64,000 nt of DNA, from assembly GCF_001194135.2 (NCBI RefSeq), contig NC_068983.1, positions 118,665,077 to 118,729,076 on the forward strand, in the 5' to 3' direction. Shown here one piece after another: positions 11,843-25,380 of this stretch. Position 1 is the first letter of the stretch; each line of letters opens with the position of its first letter. This stretch comes from Octopus bimaculoides (Eukaryota). The notes below the pieces were generated by a model. That model saw only the letters and a list, made by a program, of their open reading frames with translations. It was not told the DNA's origin and made no database searches. A program made the position numbers and the translations under genes.

Positions 11843-14083
11843 GGCACTCACAAACATCATTAAAAGAGATTTTAATGACCTCAACACCTGGTTTTCAAAT
11901 AGTACAGATAACGAAAGAGGTAATTTAGTAGTATCACAACTAAATGCTCTTTACATCTTGAACAACAATAAAATCAGCATACTTTTCTGATCAAGCTGAG
12001 TAACAAGTCTCTCACAGGCATTGGCTACTCCTCTGCATTTAGCAATCACAACCAGCTAGCACGCAATTTTTCAATTTTCCTAAGATTTTCTACCTATTTT
12101 TCACCACAACACACTCTCATGCCAATAAAGAAGAAAAAATAAAAACCACTTCAAAACAGCATAGAACTTCAAGGTTTGCAAAATTCAGCAACACCACAAA
12201 CACTAACAGAAATTGCAATAGAAACATTCAACAAAATCATTATAGTTGCATAATAATAATAATAATATTAATAATGCTTCCAAATTTTGGCACAAGGCCA
12301 GCAATTTGAGTGAGGGGCAGGTTGATTATATCAATTCCAGTATTCATGTGGTACTTATTTTATTGACCTTGAAAGGACGAAAGACAAAGATGATTATGAC
12401 AGAATTTGAACTCAGAAGGTAAAGATGGAAAAAATGCTGCTAAGCATTTTGCTCAACATGCTAATGATTCTGCCAGCTAGCTGCCTGAACACCAATAACA
12501 ACAACAACAACAGTAAAAACCCGCAAGGCAACATAAAAAATATAAATCTCAAACACAATACCTCAAAATAACACAAAATTACCATCCTCATTCTTATGAC
12601 CACTTTCCCATACAGGTGTGGGTTATAAGGCAGGGCTTTTTGAGGCAGTGTTTTATAACTAAAAGGCTTTTCCTAATGCAATGCAACAACTTCAAATATT
12701 AAACACACACTGCAACACCAAGTAAACATTCTTGACAGACATTTCTTGAATATCAATTACCAAATACCACATACCATGAACATTAAACAAAAAATATGCA
12801 CCCTCCTCCTGGACAGTGATTTTAACTTCTTCCTTCCATTATACACCTACACAAAAGATAACAACAGGCCAGGCAAAACTACAAACACACCTAAACTACC
12901 TAGGGCTTAAAGGAATTCTTGCATTCATTAACACCTACAACTATTCATATCAACATTTCAAATTCCTAGAACCCTAAAGACCAACAAAAACTATGTGGAA
13001 CTACCAGTGTAAACATCTATCACCTTCCTGGTCTATGTCAGCTCTACCTTGGCCACTAATCACTCCGCAACAAACTACAATAAATTACAAAAATACAAAA
13101 CAATCTAATATGCATTGTGCAACTTTGCATACTCATTACACCCACAGACCAGACCAGACCAGACCACAAATCTCCCACACAATGAAATATATCAAGCAAA
13201 AACAAATAAAATGGAAGAAAACCTGGATTTTTTGCTACAGCAAACTAAAAATCTCAGTCACAGTCACTATATATATATATATATATCACTTTCAATTATA
13301 CACACACACACACATAAGCCAGGTCACCACTGCAACAACACCTTAACAACACTATCTTTCTCACTCAGCCTAGACAAACATACGGAACACATACAGAAAC
13401 AGCTGCAACATCAATAGCTTCACAGGTCCCAAACACTGTATGCAAACCACTAACAATATGTGCAGAAGAAAAATAACTGCAAACAGAAATAGATAGGACA
13501 GTGAAGATAGCACAGTATGTCTAGACTGCCACACTGTATTTCACATGGAACTGATGGTTGCATGATAGAGTGTGTAGCACGAGTCTCAACCAAACATTGA
13601 TATGGTATAACTGAGAAGCTGGATCTGTCGGCCACGTCTTACTGTTTGGCTAACCATATGCATGCCACAGAATAACTCAATTTGGTCTGCTCTGGGATTA
13701 CACAACAACAACAACTGATTAAACTTGGTTAAACAGAAAGAAAGGAAATTCTTCAGTCACGAAGAGCGGTGTTCTTGCTGAATATTATGATATAGTCAGT
13801 TATATGTAATTTAGATAATGGAAAAGAAAAAGTTTTTAAAAATTCCCCAAATCACATTAAACAGGTTTGTTGTTCTGTCACTCTGTAAGATATTTTTCTT
13901 TGTATATAATATAGATAGCTATAGATATGTGTGTGTGTGTGTGTGTGTACAGACATAACTGGTTTATGAGTTTTCATAATGTCTCAAGCAGGTTACATGG
14001 AAGTAGTTTCTCCATTATATTCTCCTGGGAGGCAGGAAGCCTAACATTTTTCAGAAAGTTGCAAATTGCGAATGTTCACACCT

Positions 14084-16310
14084 CATAATCATCATCATTA
14101 TCGCTTAACATCCGCTTTCCATGCTAGCATGGGTTGGACGATTTGACTGAAGACTGGTAAACCAGATGGCTACACCAGGCTCCAATCTGATTTGGCAGAG
14201 TTTCTACAGCTGGATGCCCTTCCTAACGCCAACCACTCCAAGAGTGTAGTGGGTGCTTTTACGTGTCACTGGCACGAAGGCCAGTCAGGAGGTACTGGCA
14301 ACAGCCACGCTTGAAATATTTTACGTGCCACCTGCACAGGAGCCAGTTCAGCGGTACTGGCAACAAACTCGCTCGAATGTCTTTTCACGTGCCACTGGCA
14401 CAAGTGTCAGGAGGGCGACGTTGGTAACGATCACGCTCAAATGGTGCTATTTTCGTGCCCCCGGCATGGAAGCCAGACAGCTGGTGCTCTGGCAATGATC
14501 ACGTTCAGACAGTGCTCTTAGTGATCTACTGGTACAGGTGCCATCACGATTTCACTTTCGCTTGCCCCAACAGGTCTTCGCAAGCCGAGTTTAATGTTGA
14601 ATGAAGAGACGTTGGCATGGGTGCCAGTCTACAGATTTAGTTTGATTTCGATTTCACTTGCCTCTACAGGTCTTCACAAGCAGAGTTTAGTGTCCAAAGA
14701 AGGAATGTTACGCGTAAGTGGGCTGGCTACATCCCAGGCAGAGGCCTTGGATTTTGGTCTGACATGGCTTGCTGGGTCTTCTCACGCACAGCATATTTCC
14801 AAAGGTCTCGGTCAGAAGTCATTGCCTCGGTGAGACCTGATGTTTGGTGCTTCACCACCTCATCCCAGGTCTTCCTGGGCCTGCCTCTTCCACGGGTTCT
14901 CTGAACCGCTAGGTGTGGCACTTTTTCATACAGCTATCCTCATCCATTCTTGCCACATGTCTATACCAGCGCAATCGTCTCTCTTGCACACCACAACTGA
15001 CGCTTCTTAGGTTCAACTTTTCTCTCAAGATACTTACACTCTATCGGGTATGCACACTGACATTACTCATCCATCAGAGCATACTGGCTTCATTCTTTGT
15101 GAGCTTATGAATGTCCTCAGCAGTCACGGCCCATGTTTCACTGCCGTGTGGCATGGCTGTTCGTACACATGTGTCTGCCTTTTACTCTGAGTGAGAGGCC
15201 CTTTGTCGTCAGCAGAGGTAAGAGCTCTCTGAACTTTGCCCAGGCTATTCTTATTCTTATTCTNNNNNNNNNNNNNNNNNNNNNNNNNNNNNNNNNNNNN
15301 NNNNNNNNNNNNNNNNNNNNNNNNNNNNNNNNNNNNNNNNNNNNNNNNNNNNNNNNNNNNNNNNNNNNNNNNNNNNNNNNNNNNNNNNNNNNNNNNNNNN
15401 NNNNNNNNNNNNNNNNNNNNNNNNNNNNNNNNNNNNNNNNNNNNNNNNNNNNNNNNNNNNNNNNNNNNNNNNNNNNNNNNNNNNNNNNNNNNNNNNNNNN
15501 NNNNNNNNNNNNNNNNGCACATTTTCAGTGTTTATTGCACCTGAACATCTGCCACATACAAAAACTAACTTCCTAGTTAACCTGCCTTTGATATTGCTGC
15601 ACCTCTTATGTGTCCATAGCTTGCACTGAGTACATCTTATAGAATTTCTACCTACACCTTTTCTACAGATCGAGCAGGGCCATCTACCTAAAGGGGTTTG
15701 TGTTTTGTCTACTTTCCTACTTATTAGGACTTTGGTTTTAGCTAGGTTGACTCTAAGGCCCTTCAATTCTAGTCCCTGCTTCCACACCTGAAACTTCTCA
15801 TAGTTCGGATAGTGACTCAGCAATTAGTGCAAGGTCATCAGCATAGAGGAACTCCCAGGGGCATCCTGTCTTGAATTCCTCCGTTATCGCCTGGAGGACT
15901 ATGATAAATAGGAGGGGGTTGAGGAGAGGACCTTCGTGGACCCCTACCTCTACCCGGAATTCTTCACTGTACTCATTGCCAACCCTCACCTTACTGACAG
16001 CATCTCTGTACATGGCTCACACAGCTCTCACTAACCATTCTTCTATCCCTAGTTTCCTCATTGACCACCAGATGAGAGATCGGGGGACCCTGTCAAAGGC
16101 TTTCTCCATGTCAAAGAAAGCCAGGTACAGAGGTTTATTCTTGGCTAGGTATTTCTCCTGCAGCTGTCTTACCAGAAATATAGCATCAGTGGTGCTTTTC
16201 CCTGGCATGAACCCAAACTGCATCTCATCTAAACTGACACGCTCCCTAATTAGTTGGGCTATGACCCTCTCTGTGACTTTCATAACCTGATCTGACAACT
16301 TGATACCTCC
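14084..16310 (-). mobile_element. 5'-truncated RTE-clade LINE (RT core, Cys-rich domain, 3' UTR, (CAT)n tail), pseudogenised
   Basis: Minus-strand translation across stops and frameshifts: RGIKLSDQVMKVTERV..QFGFMPGKSTTDAIFLVRQLQEKY..FFDMEKAFDRVP..GVHEG..LNPLLF..LYADDLAL..GLRVNLAKTK, then CSICRKG..CTQCKLWTHKRC..CGRC. The C-terminus RGRGRPRKTWDEVVK is followed by a 3' UTR ending in a CAT-repeat tail at ~14084-14100. An N gap occupies 15264-15516. Confidence 0.95.
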
Positions 16311-17527
16311 TTCTATTAAAATTAAAAGAACAGCTCCAGCCCAGAAAACAAAGTCTCAGCTCACCAGGACTAAATAGAATGTGCACTAATGTTGATTACA
16401 TAATTATAGCTGATGTATATTCATGATCAAGATGTTAACAAAGCAATTGCATAAACAAGGCTACTCTGGTAAATGTAAAACAGTATCAGAAAACAATCAG
16501 CACTTAAGGGGTATGACCTATTGATAGACAGGAGAAATGAGAAACAAATACATATCCAGTAAATATAAGTGCTTTAAAATTTTTATTATTGTTTTGTAAG
16601 AGATGGAAAGGTAGCACCAATGATCTTTTCCATAACCTCTAACATAGGTTGGAAGAAAAGGGGAAATTATTTTCAGACCGAAGACCAAATCCAAATGCTT
16701 ACAAACAGAGTGGCCTCTATAAAAGACAACCAAGAACTAGGTAGTGGTGTTAAACTACTCGATGGGTTAAGTCTACCACTTAAGAACAAGTAAAGTCCAT
16801 TCAAAAGATTTCCACACAGTTCCTGTCTAGCAAATTTTATTTACACAATTTTGGTGACTTGAGGTTATCGTAGAATATATTTGGCTTATGATGTAGTATG
16901 ACTAATAAAAAAATGCCTATATATTTAGTTTGACATTAAAGCACATGAAGAAATACAAAAAGAATTCTAAGGACTCTGTGCTGAGGAAGTACTGATTTCA
17001 GCTTAGTTAATATAAATATTTATCAATCTCAACACATTGAATGAAAGGGATTTAAAAGATCTCATTACAAAAGTACAAACCATTCATTCAAGAGAAACAA
17101 CCAAATAATGCAATATCCTCAATGGTAGGTAGTGAAAATATTAGCTAACAAAAACATAGTATGCATACATAATTTGAAGTGATTGATCAAATCAAGATCA
17201 ATATGGAAAATAACTGCTTAAATGATTTTTACATATTTAACAACAACAAAATTGACAAACTTGGACTTTAAAACCATAAAGCAAATGGAAAACTTCAGAT
17301 ACAGCTTAAATGCATGTAATAATCGAGGAAGAAAACGCCTGTGGAGCATGTTTTATAAAGTATCTATAACAGAATAAGTGTCCTTACACTGATGGTGTTT
17401 GGAAATTGACACAAAGTCTAAGACTGCTTGGTGACAGAATTTCTGCATTTTATTTCAACATACGAGTTGAGCATGTAGCTGATTATGGAAAGTACTGGTA
17501 AGTACACCCCTTGTATGGCTATGTAAT

Positions 17528-17768
17528 GTTATCGCCTGGAGGACTATGATAAATAGGAGGGGGCTCAGGACAGAATCTTGGTGAACACCTACCTCTACCC
17601 GGAATTCTTCACTGTACTCATTGCCAACCCTCACCTTACTAACAGCGTCTCTGTACATGGCTCGCACAGCTCTCACTAACCATTCTTCTATCCCTAGTTT
17701 CCTCATTGACCACCAGATAAGGGATCGGGGGGGGGACCCTGTCAAAGGCTTTCTCCATGTCAAAGAAA
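17528..17768 (-). mobile_element. Internal RT fragment of the same RTE family
   Basis: Near-identical to 15884-16120; translates DMEKAFDRVP..LIWWSMRKLGIEEWLVRAVRAMYRDAVSKVRVG..GVHQDSVLSPLLFIIVLQAIT. Confidence 0.92.
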
Positions 17769-18904
17769 GGGGAAGAAGTGAAGAAGTTATAATCATAAAT
17801 AGTGGGCTTTACAGACAATTCATAGGCAAAACAATTGGAAATAAGCTGTGTAACAGAACTATTTAACTTCTGCAAAAAGACTATCATTAAAGTATTTATC
17901 ATGATGATACAAAGAGAAAATCAATCTTCTGCTCATACGTACTAGGCATACTTAAGACCTCAAAGTGTGAAAATCTAGTTTGTATGTTTCCTGTAACAAT
18001 CCATAACATCAATATAATAATTAAATCATTTTATGAAAAAGTTGTTATTCTAACATAAAGTTATTACATAGAACATTCTAACATAAATTTATTCCATGAG
18101 AACATTGGTAAAACAGTTGAGAAGTGAAAAGACATTTGTGGTACAAAAGACGAAACATTACCATCTATGTTACTATTGATAGAAATAATTAACTGATGAC
18201 AAACAATGTGGTATAAAACGTATTTCCAGAAAGCAAGAGCAACAAATGATTAAATCAGAGTAATAATAGATAACTTTTATTTGTTTGTGTCTTCTAATAA
18301 AAAGACAAATAAGCTTGTTGTATTCTTCACTGGGTTTAAATGTAAAGGCTACTACCACCTTGAGCTTCAACACAACTGCCTTTTCTCCTTAGCATCGCTT
18401 CAAAATGGCTCCCACTATGAATTCTAAGTACCTTTTACACCTTTTCTCTACTGAGGAGATGCACTGACACTAGAATTGTTTGCCGTACTACCATGCTTTT
18501 CTCGGTGTAACAATATATGCATTTGAATGTTTGTGGGTCAGAGACACGGTTATCAACTTGATATACATGGGTACACATTATGAGACCGATAAAGCATAAT
18601 TCAAAGAACAAGTTGATATCTGCAAGAAAAAAGTCTTGCCAAAGATTTGAGTGCTGCTACTGTTTGCAGCACTTATATCATATTTGTTAGGGAAAACTGT
18701 AAGCAGAATACAATAACTCACTGATTTAACTCAGACATCAACAGCCTTCTGCTTTATAAATAAAATAGGTATTTTATAAACAAATTCGGTTAATGTTTAC
18801 ATCTTGATTTGGAAATGAAACCCCCCCCAAAATACTGGAATGGGTGTTAAACAATGTGTAGGAAACGAATATGAAAAAAAAAAAAAAAATGCGCGCAAAG
18901 CAAC

Positions 18905-19260
18905 GGGAGAGGACTTCGGAAAATTCACAAGATCCGAGCTTTTCCCTCGTAACTTTTAGGAAAATGGGAGTTTTTCAATGAAATTTTATAGAAATACCTT
19001 TCAAATGGCATACATTACGATTATAAAGAAATTTGTGGGGAAAATCTTTTGCAAGAGGGTGGGGAGAGGACTTCGGAAATTCACAAAATCCAAGTTTTTC
19101 CCTCGTAACTTTTAGGAAAATGAGTTTTTTTTTCAATGAAATTTTATATAAATACCTTCGAAACAGCATACATTATGACTATAAAGTAATTTGTGGGCAA
19201 AATATTGAGGTAGGGAGAGGACTTTCGGAAAATTCCCAAGATCCGAATTTTTCCTCGTTA
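18905..19260. repeat. ~155-bp tandem repeat, ~2.3 copies, inside the Merlin-type element
   Basis: The unit start GGGAGAGGACTTCGGAAA(A)TTCACAA recurs at ~18905, ~19062 and ~19213. Confidence 0.9.
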
Positions 19261-19483
19261 TATTCCGAAATCACATTCAACTTTCTACAGATACCCTAGC
19301 GTAGTATTACTACATTACGTAGTGTTTATTTCTACTCACTTTCAATAATTTTTAATGTTTTGGCTTCAATTTTGTTTCATTATCAATTATTTTTACGCTT
19401 TTTTAACCCTTCGTTGTTATTCTCATCCACTCGTTATTACTTTCTTTCACTATCTAGCTATATACATAGAGAGATAGCTACAT

Positions 19484-19804
19484 GGCGATCTTTAGGTACG
19501 AGTTCCAAATTATCGGCCTTTTCCGTAAAAAGTGTTGGAGAGAAACAGGGAAACGACGTTATAACAGCGAAAGACATACAGAGAGAGCGATTTATTTTGA
19601 AGGGTTTAGAGTTAGGGTTAGGTTTTTAGGCTTTACGTTAGGGAATTCCGTCCCTAACTGTAACCGTAACCCTAACACTAAAACCCTAACACCGTAGTGA
19701 ACATCGTGCGGGTGTTACGGAAAAGGCCGAACTTTGGTAAAGATAGCCGAAGACACTTTTTACGGAAAAGGCCGATAATTAGGAACTTGTACCGAAAGAT
19801 CGCC
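19484..19804. mobile_element. Fold-back MITE with ~52-bp TIRs and inverted telomere-like arrays
   Basis: GGCGATCTTTAGGTACGAGTTCCAAATTATCGGCCTTTTCCGTAAAAAGTGT and its inverse ending ..GAAAGATCGCC. The centre has degenerate TTAGGG units followed by CCCTAA units. No TSD is visible. Confidence 0.85.
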
Positions 19805-21742
19805 TTTTTTTCATATTCGTTCCCTACCCATTGTTTTACACCCATTCCAGTATTTTTTTTTGATCTTCATTTCCGGGTCAAGATGTAAACATTAACCATA
19901 AATTCTAATTTAGGATTTGCTTGTTTTACGAATGTGTTAAAAATATTTAGTTAATAAATTAGTTTCGGTCTCATCTTCTGTAGGAAAATGAGAGAATAAA
20001 TATACATTAACTTTAATAATATCAATATATACAGACTTGAGCAGTTAGCGTTTACATCAGGGCAATTAAGAACGATAAAAACTTCAAAATATATTAATTC
20101 ATTTAATTATGCTGGGATTATATAACCGTTTGAAAGAAAAAGAAACTGGCATATTCACTCTTTTGAAAAAAGTGTTTTTTTTATTAACTACAAAGAGGTC
20201 TGAATTAGATAAATGTTAAACTAATTAAAAATAGTCTGAATGAAAAAAAAATATAAATAATATTTGCTGTGGGAAAACATAAAATATATTATCGTCGATT
20301 AACTCATTTGTTCACTTTTCCTTTCTACAAAATGTAGAGAAATTAGTAATATAATCGTGTCTCTTGACTTAGTTATGGAGTCATTACTTTCAATAATTAC
20401 ATGCAGTGATAGAAACGGGACACAGGAGATGAACACTGGAGTATGGCGTTCTCTTACTTTTCAGCTCTCAGAAAGGGGAGGCTTATAGTCTAGTTCCACC
20501 TTCTAATCTCAGCCCCTGACCTGGTTCCTAATACTCATTTCCATCACTAGTTGATCTAGCTGTATCAAAGACTCACTTTAACAGTTTTAGCCTTTATCAT
20601 TTAGATTAACATAGTTTTCCCTCCACTTTAGCATTTTTTTTTCTTTATAAACAAATATTTAAATTAATTTTCCTAGATTTTAAACAAATGTTATTCTTGT
20701 TTTGTTTACAAAGAACGTAACCTATAATCCTTTGGAGTTAGTTCCCTTTATTCAGGGCCGGAGTTTTTTTCTATTATTTATAAGTTTAGTCCCAGGTCAA
20801 CTCTGATAAAAAGTATCCATCATCAAAAGCATCCTGGCCATGATAACCCTGTCTTTTCAGATGGGTTCTTCCCATTTTTAAAAGAGTACTGGGTAATTAG
20901 GGAGAGATTTAGTAACTATTTCTAAGTCATGACGATCATATAAAAGTAATCAGTTGGTGCTGTTAACGTGGAACTTGAGTGCTTTTAAAATTTCTTTTTA
21001 GTTAGAGATAGAGAGCATTTCATTCTGGTGACCTAACATTAAAAGACACACTACTACTGGTGATTAACCTATTTTATACCTGCTGGTTTTAAAATATGTT
21101 TGCAATGACATTTGATACACTAATCTATACGTGACATCTCTGTTGGTGACAAGCCACGTCATGTCAGACATATTCTTCAAAACATCTCAAAGAGCTTTAA
21201 ATCAAGGAGCGTACGCATATTTGGGACTATTATAATAACGGTAAAAGAGAAAAAGAATAGAAGTTATAGCAGTATGGTGAACCTGGAATAGAAAGTATTC
21301 AATAAATAAGTGCTTATATGATTAGCCGAATCCACCTGTCCTTCGTTCAACTATCCCATTAATGTTAACAAAAGAAGATTTTATCATGACTGCTTGGGTT
21401 GCTATACGTAGCGATCAAATTTCTCTCATGACATAATTACCTGTCTTAGAAAAAAGATTACAATGGATAATGTAGTTCTAGTACACTGTAAACTTGCTCA
21501 ATCAAGAAAAATCTAAGGCTAAACATCAGCTGCTACCATCACCATCTTGAATTGAGATTTGAAATGGGCTTTTATTATAACAGTTTCAGAGTAATAAATA
21601 TGTTGAGGGAGGTGTGTGTGAGGGTCATTCCTTCTTTGGGCTCTCAAAATCTAGAGTTATAGCAGCACTGTCATGACATACAGTACAGCATATTTTGGAA
21701 GCTATCTATCCCTCACTAAGTCAGAACACAGTGAACAGTTGC

Positions 21743-22140
21743 AGGCGTGGCTGTGTGGTAAGAAGCTGACTTCCCAACCACATGGTTCCAAGTTCAGTCC
21801 CACCATGTGGCACCCTGGACAGGTGTCTTATACTATGGGCCTCACGCCGACCAAAGCCTTGTGAGTGGATTTGGTAGATGGAAACTTAAAAAATCATATT
21901 GTGTGTGTATACATATATATATGTGTGTGTGTGTGTGTACATATATATATATATATATATGTGTATGTATGCTTATCTCCCCACCATTGCTTGATTGCTG
22001 GTGTTGGTGTGCTTACATCCCTGTGGCGTAGCGGTTCAGCAAAAGAAACTGATGGGATAAGGACAAAACTTAAAAAAACCCTTCAAGGTAGTGCTCCAGC
22101 ATGGTTGCAGCCAGATGACTGAAACAAGTAAAAGATAAAA
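21743..22140 (+). mobile_element. SINE family A
   Basis: Matches 26658-27080. Confidence 0.85.
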
Positions 22141-22839
22141 GACACCCAATTTGTTTCTCATTTTCAGAGCGGTGGGGGTTTACAGAAGTAACAATTCCAA
22201 TACTGTTTTAATTTTTTTTATTTATAAACCTGAAAGGGTACAAGGTAAAGTTGACTTTGGTAGGATTTGAACTCAGTATGGAAAGATAGAACAAATAACA
22301 TAAATCTTTCAATATGTTCTCTCATTACTCAGTAAGCTCACCTTCTGGAAGTGGATCCTTGTTGACCAAATTATTTGCCATACACACCAAATATTCTTTT
22401 CATTAATTCCAAAGGGATAAATGGCAAACTTGACCCAGACAGAATTCCAACATAGAATTAAGACATTTTTTTATTTTTATCCTTTATATTTTACTTATAG
22501 GTGCATGGCTCATGGTTAGAGCATTGGGCTTACAATCATGTGGTTGTGAGTTCAATTCCCGAACTGGGCCGTATGTTGTATTCTTGAGCAAGACACTTTA
22601 TTTCATGTTGCTCCAGTTCACTCAGCTGTAGAAATGAGTTTCAATGTCACTAGTGCCAAGCTGTATTGGTCTTTGCCTTTCCCTTGGACAACATCAGTGG
22701 CATGCAGAGGGTGGGGGGATGGTGTGCATAGGTGACTTGCTGGTCTTCCACAAGCAACTTTACCCAGATTTGTGCCTGGGAGGGAAACTTTCTAGCTGCA
22801 ATCCAATGGTGATTTGTGACCGAAGGAGATCTTTATCCT

Positions 22840-23225
22840 TTTACCCTATATTTTACCTGTTTCAATTATTGGACTGTAGCCATACTAAGGCATTGCCAAA
22901 CAAATGAATCTCAGTCCTTATTTTTTAAACCTGGTACTTATTCTATTGGTTCCTTTTGCTAAACCACTAAGTTATGGGAGATGTAAACATTTGTTGTCAA
23001 GAAGTTGAAGATGGTGGAACAAACTAAAAGACACACACATGCTCCCCACCACCACCACACACACACTGTAGTGCTTCCACAGTTTCTGTTGACTAAATTC
23101 ATTCACAAGTTATTGATTGGCCTGGGGCCATAACAGAAGACACTCGCCCAAGATGCAGTGCAATAAGATTAAACCTGAAACCATGTGAATGCAAAGCAAA
23201 CTTCTTAATCACACAACTATGCCTG
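22840..23225 (-). mobile_element. SINE family A
   Basis: Reverse complement of the family consensus. Confidence 0.75.
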
Positions 23226-23232
23226 CATCTGT

Positions 23233-23610
23233 GGAGGCGCAATGGTCCAGTGGTTAGGGCAGCGGGCTCGCGGTCATAGGATCGTAGTTTCGATTACCAG
23301 ACCAGGCATTGTGAGTGTTTATTGAGCGAAAACACCTAAAGCTCCACGAAGCTCCGGCCGAGGATGGTGGCGAACCCTGCTGTACTCTTTAACCGCAACT
23401 TTCTCTCACTCTTTCTTCCTGTTTCTGTTGTACCTGTATTTCAAAGGGTCAGCCTTGTCACACTGTGTCACGCTGAATATCCCCGAGAACTACGTTAAGG
23501 GTACACATGTCTGTGGAGTGCTCAGCCACCTGCACGTTAATTTCACGAGCAGGCTGTTCCGTTGATCGGATCGACTGGAACCCTCGATGTCGTAAGGGAC
23601 GGAGTGCCAA
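23233..23610 (+). mobile_element. tRNA-derived SINE family B (full length)
   Basis: Head GGCGCAATGGTCCAGTGGTTAGGGCAGCG..GTTTCGATT with A/B-box motifs. The 3' half recurs at 55005-55170 and, degraded, at ~31780-31930 and ~52000-52160. Confidence 0.85.
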
Positions 23611-24084
23611 TGCCCGCATCTATAAATATGTAAAAACAAAACAAAACCAAAACAAAATTACAATTATTATATTCAGTATGCTGTTCTTTCTATCATTCTG
23701 TGAATCAGTGAAATGATTTCATTATAATAATTTGACTTTTCAGGGCAGCAAGCTGGTAGAATCATTAGCAATGCTTAGTGGCATTTCATCCATCTTTACA
23801 TTCTGAGTTGAAATTCCATGAGGTTCAAATTTCACTGAAGTCGACTGTAACTGTCATTCTTTTGGGGGTCAATAAAATAAGTACTAGTTGAACACTGGGT
23901 TTGATATAAGTGACTTACCCCGCTCTCCCGAATTTGGTAGCCTTGTGCTGAAATTTGAAATCATTATAATTTGATTTGCCCTTTCCTTGTTTATATATTT
24001 TTGACCATGAGCATTCATGTCTCCATGTTGACTATTTCTTTGAAACTGAATATGACCAAAGTTGATTATCTTTTTTTTTTTTTA

Positions 24085-24475
24085 TCTTTTATTTATTTCA
24101 GTCAGTAGACTGCACCCATGCAGGACCACCACCTTGAAGGGTTTTAGTTGAAAAAAATCAACCCTGGTACTTATTTTCTTAAAGCCTGGTACTTATTCTA
24201 TCAGTTTCTTATGCAGGGATGTATACAAACCAACACTGGTTGTCAAGTGGTGATGGGGGACAAACACCAAGACAAGCACTCACAGATATATACATACAAA
24301 CATACATACATGTACATGACAAGCTCCTTTTAGTTTCCCTCTACCAAAGCCACTAACAAGGCCTTGGTTGGCCCAGGGCTATAATAAAAGACACTTGTCC
24401 AAGATACCACACAATGGGACCAAACCCTGGACCATGTAGTTGTGAAACAAACTTTTTACCATGCAGCCACACCTG
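24085..24475 (-). mobile_element. SINE family A
   Basis: Reverse complement of the family consensus. Confidence 0.75.
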
Positions 24476-24788
24476 TACATTAGAAACGAAAGGGGGAAAA
24501 AAAAGGAGCTTATTGAAGCCACAGTAAATCAATTTATTATAATCACTCAATGACCAATGCTAAAAATCATAATTAAATAATAAATTAATTGAAAACTAAC
24601 ACTAATCGCCATAACATTTTCTCTGACATCACTTTCTCACATCATTTCCGTCATCGTGTCCTTTAGTATAATTGTTATCTGTGTCAGACATGACTTATAT
24701 CTCTATTTTCATCATTACAGTTTAGATCTTATCAAATTAAGTAAACATCATACTTTCTATCAAACTTCCTCATTTCACTCTTGCACAG

Positions 24789-24815
24789 ACACCATCTGGA
24801 ACAACCTGACTGCAT
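24789..24815 (+). CDS. Candidate 27-nt coding exon of an unidentified gene
   Basis: Pyrimidine-rich acceptor ..CACTCTTGCACAG, donor CAT|GTATGT, open frame (D)TIWNNLTA, phase-compatible with 25917-26011. Confidence 0.3.
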
Positions 24816-24864
24816 GTATGTTATTTCTTTTGGCTTATCACCTACAGCAGTTTGTGATAAGGAG

Positions 24865-24866
24865 GA

Positions 24867-24903
<37 letters not shown>

Positions 24904-25070
24904 CATTCATCATTTCAGATCTATGCACTTATTAAACAATTGCTTACATGTATATTCCCATAAATACATATTCATGTATGCATGTGCATATGTATAACAC
25001 ACATATACATACATGCATATATATATGTATATATACATACATACATATATAAATACATATACACATACAT

Positions 25071-25103
<33 letters not shown>

Positions 25104-25118
25104 CACACATATATAATC

Positions 25119-25149
<31 letters not shown>

Positions 25150-25380
25150 ATGTATATACACATATATACATGTATATATAGACATGCATATATATACATA
25201 CACATACATGTATATATACATATATATACACATCTATACATACATATACACAAACACACATATATACACACACATGCACGCATATATATTTACACATACA
25301 AACACACACACATACTTGTATTTACACATACACATACATATATATTTACATACATACCCACACAAACATACTTTACATGT
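24865..25380. repeat. Compound (CA)n/(TA)n/(CATA)n microsatellite
   Basis: Visible directly; source of several CVCV/YIYI ORFs. Confidence 0.95.

Larger units (their letters stand above)
18788..19897. mobile_element. Non-autonomous Merlin-type element, ~95-bp TIRs, 8-bp TSD
   Basis: Left end GGTTAATGTTTACATCTTGA..AATACTGGAATGGGTGT..GAATATGAAAAAA is inverted at ~19805-19897. Flanks ACAAATTC / ATAAATTC match 7/8. GG termini with an 8-bp TSD are Merlin hallmarks. Confidence 0.85.

Noticed and set aside
18905-19260. CRISPR-like array
   Set aside because: Long tandem units without unique spacers, inside a eukaryotic transposon; no cas genes.
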